Positions 54,813 through 64,000 of a stretch of DNA of 64,000 nucleotides are shown here, in pieces. The stretch is taken from NCBI GenBank assembly GCA_002269645.1, contig NIVC01003269.1, positions 1 through 64,000 on the forward strand. Reading direction: 5' to 3'. Both the position numbers and the translations under genes were made by a program. The stretch comes from Macrostomum lignano (lineage: Eukaryota). Each line of letters starts with the position of its first letter. Position 1 is the first letter of the stretch. The notes beneath the pieces were generated by a model. That model saw only the letters and a program-made list of their open reading frames with translations. It ran no database searches and was not told where the DNA came from.

Positions 54813-55060
54813 GCCTAGTGGTTAGAGCGTCGGACTCACGACTTGAAGGTCGGGGGTTCGATTCTTGACTCACTCGAAACAATTTGTGTCCTTGAGCAAG
54901 ACGCTTAAGTGTGCATTGCTTCAGTTCACCCAGCTGTAAAATGGGTGACAGCATTAGCTGGGGTAATTGAGGGTGTGTGGCGACCCCCAAGTCCTTGGAC
55001 TGAACAGCCGTACGCAGCCTTCAGATGCTCCTCGCAATAGCTGCGGCTGAGCTGTCGGTT
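54812..55060 (+). mobile_element. tRNA-derived SINE with CORE/V/Meta-type central domain
   Basis: agcctagtggttagagcg (A box), ggttcgattc (B box), gtgtccttgagcaagac and cacccagctgtaaaatggg; homologous to 12299-12555. Confidence 0.85.
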
Positions 55061-56554
55061 GCACACCTGGCCCAATTGAGGCAGGTGTAATCAATTTATC
55101 ATTATCTCCTATTATTTCAGGTCCTGTTCTCTCAAAGGGGATCTTTGGTCTCGCATTTTTGCTTGACTATAGTACGATTTCTACATGCACATGTAGGGCA
55201 GCTACACATGTATACGGCTAACAGTCAATGATAAAGTTTGTGCCGCAGTGAAAAGTTCATAACTAAACGAATACTTATAAGTAAAGGAAATCTGTGGCTA
55301 AACACCACCCCAATCCACTTGCACCTACAGAGAGTCACTGAGTCGAACCGCCAGCGCTCCGAAGGCGAAACGCAAAGAGTGGGATTCAGGATAGAGAAGG
55401 AAGTTATTAGGTGGTGGTGGGGCGGCGGACCCCCTCGCGTGCGCTGGCAGTCTAAGCTGATCATATTTGTTTAAGCAAGGCCCGCAGAAGTGGGCCGGGG
55501 CAGTCGGTCGCCCGGGCCGTAATGCCCGCAAATGCAATTGTCTCAGCTTACCTGATACTATTACCGGGGCACTCAGCGGCCTGGCGCCAGCAACTTTGAC
55601 AGGACAGGACGCGGAGACGGCAGGAGCTGAGCTACCTTGCGGCTATCAAACTTTGAACTCGCGTCGTCCAGGTGAGCCTCGGCGACGACCTCCTGGCCTG
55701 GCAGAGTCGAAGGAGCAGCGCGTTGGAGAGATTGAGACTGAGAGCGAAATTGGGGATTGCCGATGGACAGCTCTGGCCCGGGCCGAGCGAATGTTTTTAT
55801 GGTCGAATAATCTTGATTTCTTTTTCGCCTCAACTCGGAGGCGGGGAGGCTGGGGAGGGGGAGGCTGCGGAGCTGATGAGGATGATGGGAGCTCGGCCCA
55901 AGGTAATCGGGTTAGGTTTCGGGCAAACCACTCCAATCACAGGATAGCGGGAGATGGAGCGGAGCTGCAGGCCCAGCAACAGCCTCCGTCCCAGCCTCCT
56001 GCGCCGCACCAAGCCGAGACTCCAAAATTGCCTCCGGGCTTCGAAATTGGCCGAAGAGATTTCCCGCAGCTATTCGAAGTCGGGCGGAGCAAATTCGATC
56101 CCCGAAACGACTCGACTCCCTACCGAAACAGGATAATGAGACAATTATTTGTTTCATTAGCCAGAATGAGTAAATAAATGAGACGGGCTGGAGATCTGGG
56201 CTCTCCCGTATACAGTCAGCTCCTCCGCTCTGTCGAGTGGCTTCGGTTGGGGAAACTTCTCGCAGCCGAACATCTATATTAGCCCTGCTCGACGAGATAA
56301 GTTGGCTCGAGATCTGCCCTGGGGGGAGGGTAGGGAGGGGGTCCTGCTTCGGCTGCTGCTGCTGCAGCAGTTGCCTCTCAGAAACTTGCATGATCTGCCT
56401 TGCTGCCATCTGCCTGAATTCACCAGCCACGAGACACTTCATGGCGTTGCTGGCATGCATAATTGAGTGAGACTGTTCGATCCTCACTGAGATGAGGAAT
56501 TCGGATCGTGGATTTTAATGAGCTGGGAGATACACGCGATTGGAATGGGATCGA

Positions 56555-56895
56555 GGATCGGGATCAGAGACTGGGATGCTCGTATGGGATTGGGATAATT
56601 GGGATCAGAGATTGGGATGTGGGATGGGATAATTGGGATCAAAGATTGGGATATGGGATTGAAATGATTGGGATCAAAGATTGGGATTATGGGATTGAAA
56701 TGATTGGGATCAAAGATTGGGATTATGGGATTGAAATGATTGGGATCAAAGACTGGGAATTGGGATTGGAATAATTGGGATCAAAGATAGATATGGGATT
56801 GGGATAATTTGAGTTGGGATCAAAGACTGGGATAAGGGATTAGGATGATTGGAAATCGGGATCAAAGACTGGGATAAAGGATTTGGATGATTGGG
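56555..56895. repeat. ~36-bp degenerate minisatellite
   Basis: Unit gggattgaaatgattgggatcaaagattgggattat. Confidence 0.85.
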
Positions 56896-58630
56896 ATTGG
56901 GAATATTAACAGGGGTTAAGGATTGGTATTATCCGTATTTTGTGTGATCAAAACTGAGATTAGAGATATTGGGATATTTTTTTCGGGATTACGCTCTTAA
57001 TTGATTAAGTGCTCCAAAGACAAGTACGCTCGTATTAAAAAGTTTGTCATTTCTAGCACTTAACTGGAAATCATAAGAGTAAATATTCGCCCAGCGCAGT
57101 CAAAAGTGATGCAATATCCATGCAACGAAAGGAACCAGAGACGAGACAGTAACGCGTAATTCCCCATTGTCCCAAACCTATATGACACGCGTTAATGGAC
57201 GAAATTTCCAAAATTCCGGTGGACAGCAAAAACAATTTCGGTGGCAGACGGACAGCCGCCAGCGCCGCAGCCCCCCCCCCGCACCCGCCTCAGGGCAATT
57301 CTCGCTCTGCTCAATATGTCGAACAATTATTATTTAAACCGTGCCGCTTTTTATCCGAATCTCGCACTGGGTCCGGGCCAATTAGCGGCACCAGGTAATC
57401 GCGCTTTTCGAACGCTAAACACAGGCACTCTCCTCCCCGCTCTCTTTAATCCCAAAGTTGGACCGGCCGCTCGGCGGGGGGTGACGCGGCCGCGGGATTA
57501 TGATAATGAGCACCTTCGAGTTCCGTCTCTCTCTCTCTCTGCTTTCCGAATATTGCGAAGCCCACTGCGCCGCAATGCGCTCCCCCCTGCTGAGAACCAA
57601 ATGGATGATGATGATGATGCTGATGATGCTGAAACGAGATTGGGAGGAGCCAAGGGAGTGGGGGGGCAGTTCTGAAATCCAGCTGCCGCACTGATGGCGG
57701 AGATCAGTCTCTCTCTCTTGAAAATCATAGAGATAAGAGAGGGCCGGCAGAGCAGTTCAATGATTTCCGACTCCTGCGTCAAAGGCTTGTGAGAGGCCTA
57801 TGAGAGTGTACAACTGTACATGCCTGATGATGAGCACCTCCGGGCAATTCTGCCCATTCCGCTGACTTCTGAGCACATTATAAGCGCGCCAATACTGTAC
57901 GCAGTCAGGCAGCACTCATACGTCACACATGTACACTCGAAGCAGGGGTCGTGGCTCAAGAGTCAGTCTGCAATCTGCTACGGAAATTTTAGATTAAAAA
58001 AATACAACTACTACTACAACCAAATCCCAGCGATATACACGACAGTGTGACTTTTAGATTTATAGAGGCCTAGAAGAAGAATAGCCTGACAGATTTATAG
58101 ATTTCCAGCGAGTGTATCAAGCTTCAAATGAAGAAAGGAATTCGAAGGAATCGAAGCGCCACTTGAAGCGTAAAAAGCGTTGCTGAATGCAGGCAATTAT
58201 TTCATAAAAAAGACAGGCACGGGACTGCGGGGCAGGTGCGGTGGCCGGAACTTCAGCTTCCAGCTCAAGAGGCATCGCTGCCCCACCACACCAACCCTTT
58301 CAAATTTCGTCGGCGACTTTTAGCTAGTTTAGCACAGTTCGCTAGCGAAAAAAGCGAGAAAAAACCTCAAGGAAGTGTAACAAATTAACCCAGCCTTTAT
58401 TCTCGGGGGATGGGGCGTCTCAGCTTCCTTTCAGCGTGAGGGAGGCATATGGCGCGACAGATGATGATGAGCTCGGGGAAATTCCCTACACTTAGGACTA
58501 TAGAGAACATACAAAAGCGTGATACTCCAATTTTATTGAGCACACATTACTTGGGAGTAAAATTTTCAAAAATATTCAATGCTTCTACTGTATGTCATCT
58601 GTATTATGCAGCTACCCCCTAGACCCCTGA

Positions 58631-61112
58631 AGTTGGCGCTAAAGTCTTGAGTACGGCGCTTTTTTGGCGCTAATATATTGGCTACGCCTTTAAGTTGGCG
58701 TTTAAATGTTGACTACGCCTTTAATTTGGCGCTTAAATGTTGACTATGGCGCTATTTTGGCGCTAAAATATTGGCTACGCCTTTAAGTCGGCGCCTAAAT
58801 GTTGACTACGCCTTTAATTTGGCGCTTAAATGTTGACTATGGCGCTATTTTGGCGCTAATATATTGGCTACGCCTTTAAGTTGGCGTTTAAATGTTGACT
58901 ACGCCTTTAATTTGGCGCTTAAATGTTGACTATGGCGCTATTTTGGCGCTAAAATATTGGCTACGCCTTTAAGTCGGCGCCTAAATGTTGACTACGCCTT
59001 TAATTTGGCGCTTAAATGTTGACTATGGCGCTATTTTGGCGCTAATATATTGGCTACGCCTTTAAGTTGGCGTTTAAATGTTGACTACGCCTTTAATTTG
59101 GCGCTTAAATGTTGACTATGGCGCTATTTTGGCGCTAAAATATTGGCTACGCCTTTAAGTCGGCGCCTAAATGTTGACTACGCCTTTAATTTGGCGCTTA
59201 AATGTTGACTATGGCGCTATTTTGGCGCTAATATATTGGCTACGCCTTTAAGTTGGCGTTTAAATGTTGACTACGCCTTTAATTTGGCGCTTAAATGTTG
59301 ACTATGGCGCTATTTTGGCGCTAAAATATTGGCTACGCCTTTAAGTCGGCGCCTAAATGTTGACTACGCCTTTAATTTGGCGCTTAAATGTTGACTATGG
59401 CGCTATTTTGGCGCTAAAATATTGGCTACGCCTTTAAGTTGGCGTTTAAATGTTGACTACGCCTTTAATTTGGCGCTTAAATGTTGACTATGGCGCTATT
59501 TTGGCGCTAAAATATTGGCTACGCCTTTAAGTCGGCGCCTAAATGTTGACTACGCCTTTAATTTGGCGCTTAAATGTTGACTATGGCGCTATTTTGGCGC
59601 TAATATATTGGCTACGCCTTTAAGTTGGCGTTTAAATGTTGACTACGCCTTTAATTTGGCGCTTAAATGTTGACTGTGGCGCTATTTTGGCGCTAAAATA
59701 TTGTCTACGCCTTTAAGTCGGCGCCTAAATGTTGACTACGCCTTTAATTTGGCGCTTAAATGTTGACTATGGCGCTATTTTGGCGCTAATATATTGGCTA
59801 CGCCTTTAAGTTGGCGTTTAAATGTTGACTACGCCTTTAATTTGGCGCTTAAATGTTGACTATGGCGCTATTTTGGCGCTAAAATATTGGCTACGCCTTT
59901 AAGTCGGCGCCTAAATGTTGACTACGCCTTTAATTTGGCGCTTAAATGTTGACTATGGCGCTATTTTGGCGCTAATATATTGGCTACGCCTTTAAGTTGG
60001 CGTTTAAATGTTGACTACGCCTTTAATTTGGCGCTTAAATGTTGACTATGGCGCTATTTTGGCGCTAAAATATTGACTACGCCTTTAAGTCGGCGCCTAA
60101 ATGTTGACTACGCCTTTAATTTGGCGCTTAAATGTTGACTATGGCGCTATTTTGGCGCTAATATATTGGCTACGCCTTTAAGTTGGCGTTTAAATGTTGA
60201 CTACGCCTTTAATTTGGCGCTTAAATGTTGACTATGGCGCTATTTTGGCGCTAAAATATTGGCTACGCCTTTAAGTCGGCGCCTAAATGTTGACTACGCC
60301 TTTAATTTGGCGCTTAAATGTTGACTATGGCGCTATTTTGGCGCTAAAATATTGGCTACGCCTTTAAGTCGGCGCCTAAATGTTGACTACGCCTTTAATT
60401 TGGCGCTTAAATGTTGACTATGGCGCTATTTTGGCGCTAATATATTGGCTACGCCTTTAAGTTGGCGTTTAAATGTTGACTACGCCTTTAATTTGGCGCT
60501 TAAATGTTGACTATGGCGCTATTTTGGCGCTAAAATATTGGCTACGCCTTTAAGTCGGCGCCTAAATGTTGACTACGCCTTTAATTTGGCGCTTAAATGT
60601 TGACTATGGCGCTATTTTGGCGCTAATATATTGGCTACGCCTTTAAGTTGGCGTTTAAATGTTGACTACGCCTTTAATTTGGCGCTTAAATGTTGACTAT
60701 GGCGCTATTTTGGCGCTAAAATATTGGCTACGCCTTTAAGTCGGCGCCTAAATGTTGACTACGCCTTTAATTTGGCGCTTAAATGTTGACTATGGCGCTA
60801 TTTTGGCGCTAATATATTGGCTACGCCTTTAAGTTGGCGTTTAAATGTTGACTACGCCTTTAATTTGGCGCTTAAATGTTGACTATGGCGCTATTTTGGC
60901 GCTAAAATATTGACTACGCCTTTAAGTTGGCGCCTAAATGTTGACTATGGCGCTATTTTGGCGCTAAAATATTGACTACGCCTTTAAGTCGGCGCCTAAA
61001 TGTTGACTATGGCGCTATTTTGGCGCTAAAATATTGGCTACGCCTTTAAGTCGGCGCCTAAATGTTGACTATGGCGCTGTTTTGGCGCTAAAATATTGAC
61101 TATGGCGCTATT
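58631..61112. repeat. Higher-order satellite: 31-bp monomers, 93-bp trimers, alternating 186-bp unit
   Basis: Parsed directly from the sequence; see the corresponding finding. Confidence 0.93.
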
Positions 61113-61331
61113 TCAACTCATGGTTCGTGGGCTCACTCGTTAATTGATGCCGGACTCTGAACAAAACTTGACACGCGTTTAGTCGGCAACGAATGATAGC
61201 ACACACAAAAAAAGAACTCGTATTGAAATATATTTTTATACAAAATTTGTTTAAAAAACACTGATAATCCACATTATGGTGCAACTCTAATCAAAAATCG
61301 TAGTGCTTGCTATCAACTTAATAACTATAAA

Positions 61332-61913
61332 TATACCTTTTAGCGATCTAGTTTGCCAAAACTGCAATCAATTTTGCCCGCGGAAAAATATCACTTTATA
61401 ATTTTGCTGTCTAGGCCAAGTCTGCTGAGTCATGACCAGAGTTTCAGCCACAGATAACTCTTTGAAAACTGCAACCAATTTTGCTAAAACTGCCACCTAG
61501 TTTGCCCATAGCAAGCCAAGAATTTTTATTGAGAATCAATTCGGAAGTGTGACGAAATAAACTGTAACAGTGAACAATAAACAGCGAGTTTATAATGGTA
61601 AACGTAGGCACAAATGCTCTCAATCATAGCATTGTTAAGGGGTGCCTCCGCTTGGCACCTCCGCGAGGCAGAGGCTCTATACTATACTATGTAAGTCACG
61701 GTTCTTCATGTGATGCCCAACAGCCTACCGAAATCTTGCCAGTCCTCTCCATCCTGATATGCTTGAATCAATCGCTGCCGGTCCTTTGCTGAAATCCTGT
61801 TATAAGGTCCACGCTGGGCCATTCTTTGATCTTGATATAAATGTTTGTGGTGTTTTCTTTGCTATGGGCAAACTAGGTGGCAGTTTTGGCAAACTAGATC
61901 GCAAAAAGGTATA
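61332..61913. mobile_element. Fold-back / MITE-like element with ~34-bp terminal inverted repeats and a second inner inverted segment
   Basis: 61332-61365 vs 61880-61913 (1 mismatch); 61484-61512 vs 61858-61887. Confidence 0.6.
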
Positions 61914-62619
61914 ATATAATTAGCTGTTAAACAACACAGCTGAGACCAATACTTATTAATCAATTAGAAATATGATGTCACATTAGAGAAACTAACAACC
62001 AATATTAAACACCCATAAATTATAGATATAATTATACTCAGAGTACACACAGGCACAAAGTTAAAACTGCTTCACTCCATTCTTTGGATACTGAACTATT
62101 GTCCGTATGTGTGCACCTTTACTGGGTAGCTTGAGAAAAGACTAATATAAAAAACACAATTGACATGTCACTAATTGACATGACATCATACACAAAAAAC
62201 TACAAACCAAGATATGACTGTCAACCGTAGGCTATTTAAACAACGAATTCCTAGTATACAAGAGAAAAAAAGCCCAGAAAACGCGCATCGCACTACTGGC
62301 AGCGGAGGCGTACGAATGCTACACGATTATAATCAATATGACAGGATGCAATGGCCCATGATGCGGGTGTCTGTACACAACTGCCAATTTGAAAGCCGGG
62401 TCAGCAATGAATTATTTGGACAACTCAAAATTGTATAAATTGAACTCAATTTTTCTAGGCTCAGGAAATTGGGCAAGACAAAATATTCGCACAGATTAAA
62501 CAGCTTGTCTGTGCGGCAATGAAGAACGGCTGAGATCAGAGCGCAAAGTACTTTGGGGCTGGGACTGAGGTAGGCTGAGGGGATGAAACCTCCAGTACCT
62601 TGACCAACAGACTGATCAC

Positions 62620-63335
62620 CTGACCTGAGTGACCAACAGACTGATCACCTGACCTGAGTGACCAACTGACTGATCACCTGACCTGAGTGACCAACTGACT
62701 GATCACCTGGCCTGAGTGACCAACTGACTGATCACCTGACCTGAGTGACCAACTGACTGATCACCTGAGTGACCAATTGACTGACTGATCACCTGAGTGA
62801 CCAACTGATTGATCACCTGACCTGAGTGACCAACTGACTGATCACCTGAGTGACCAATTGACTGACTGATCACCTGAGTGACCAACTGATTGATCACCTG
62901 ACCTGAGTGACCAACTGACTGATCACCTGGCCTGAGTGACCAACTGACTGATCACCTGACCTGAGTGACCAACTGACTGATCACCTGACCTGAGTGACCA
63001 ACTGATTGATCACCTGAGTGACCAATTGACTGACTGATCACCTGAGTGACCAACTGATTGATCACCTGACCTGAGTGACCAACTGACTGATCACCTGACC
63101 TGAGTGACCAACTGACTGATCACCTGAGTGACCAATTGACTGACTGATTACCTGAGTGACCAACTGATTGATCACCTGAGTGACCAACTGATTGATCACC
63201 TGAGTGACCAACTGACTGATCACCTGGGTGACCAACTGACTGACTGATCACCTGAGTGACCAACTGATTGATCACCTGAGTGACCAACTGATTGATCACC
63301 TGAGTGACCAACTGACTGATCACCTGGGTGACTTG
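62620..63335. repeat. 24-29-bp minisatellite
   Basis: Unit actgatcacctga(cctga)gtgaccaactg. Confidence 0.95.
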
Positions 63336-63729
63336 GATTTAGCACCCGTTGAATAAACAGCCTGTTGCAACCGATAGTGCGGGGTGAGTGACCAAGGGCA
63401 ATATAATGAGCGACAGACTACTAACGTACGAGTATATGAGGAAAAATATGAAAAAACACAAAATGGTGATACGACAAAATGCTAAAGGTGTTGCAAAACT
63501 CTAAGCTAAACGTGCATTCACAAAACGCGTTCTAATTACATAGCTATAACAGTATGAAAGAGCAAGCTTTAGCAAGAATACACGCTCATATATGAATACT
63601 TTGTATCAATCTTAGCCAACTAATAACAAAGCGCGCCTTATGTAAAAGGTCGATACGAGTATTTTAATATTTAACTAAAATAAGGAAACAGTTGATTGTA
63701 TATAGGATTTTACTGAAATATAAATTTAA

Positions 63730-64000
63730 CTGACAGTGTCACACTACTCACTCTGATCTAGCTGACAGTGTCATACTACTCACTCTGATCTAGCTGACAG
63801 TGTCACACTACTCACTCTGATCTAGCTGACAGTGTCACACTACTCACTCTGATCTAGCTGACAGTGTCATACTACTCACTCTGATCTAGCTGACAGTGTC
63901 ACACTACTCACTCTGATCTAGCTGACAGTGTCACACTACTCACTCTGATCTAGCTGACAGTGTCACACTACTCACTCTGATCTAGCTGACAGTGTCATAC
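63730..64000. repeat. 32-bp minisatellite, running off the right edge
   Basis: Unit ctgacagtgtcacactactcactctgatctag. Confidence 0.96.

Noticed and set aside
62214-62610. ORF 62214-62438(+) and a minus-strand GGFIPSAYLSP peptide reminiscent of an SH3 end
   Set aside because: Too short, with no supporting exon structure or further motifs.

Overview
Eukaryotic (metazoan) DNA with GT-AG introns, GC-rich exons and heavy tandem-repeat content. The style resembles the flatworm Macrostomum, but the species is an inference. Four protein-coding genes could be assembled by hand from splice sites and reading-frame phase. (1) A minus-strand NEK8/NEK9-family kinase (N-terminal DUF4347-like domain, kinase, RCC1 repeats) that runs off the left edge and has one apparent 1-bp frameshift. 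(2) A plus-strand p120/delta-catenin. (3) An atypical Rho-family GTPase with degenerate G-motifs, nested antisense in the 12.7-kb third intron of the catenin. (4) A minus-strand Prop1/unc-42-type paired-like homeobox gene. Nearly every intron holds its own minisatellite family. Other content: long (TATC)n arrays interleaved with two duplicated modules, tRNA-derived SINEs (one with a 14-bp TSD), a Crypton-like tyrosine-recombinase relic, a fold-back element and a 31/93/186-bp higher-order satellite. Most long ORFs in the supplied track are translations of repeats, not genes. No CRISPR, rRNA or intact tRNA genes are supported.
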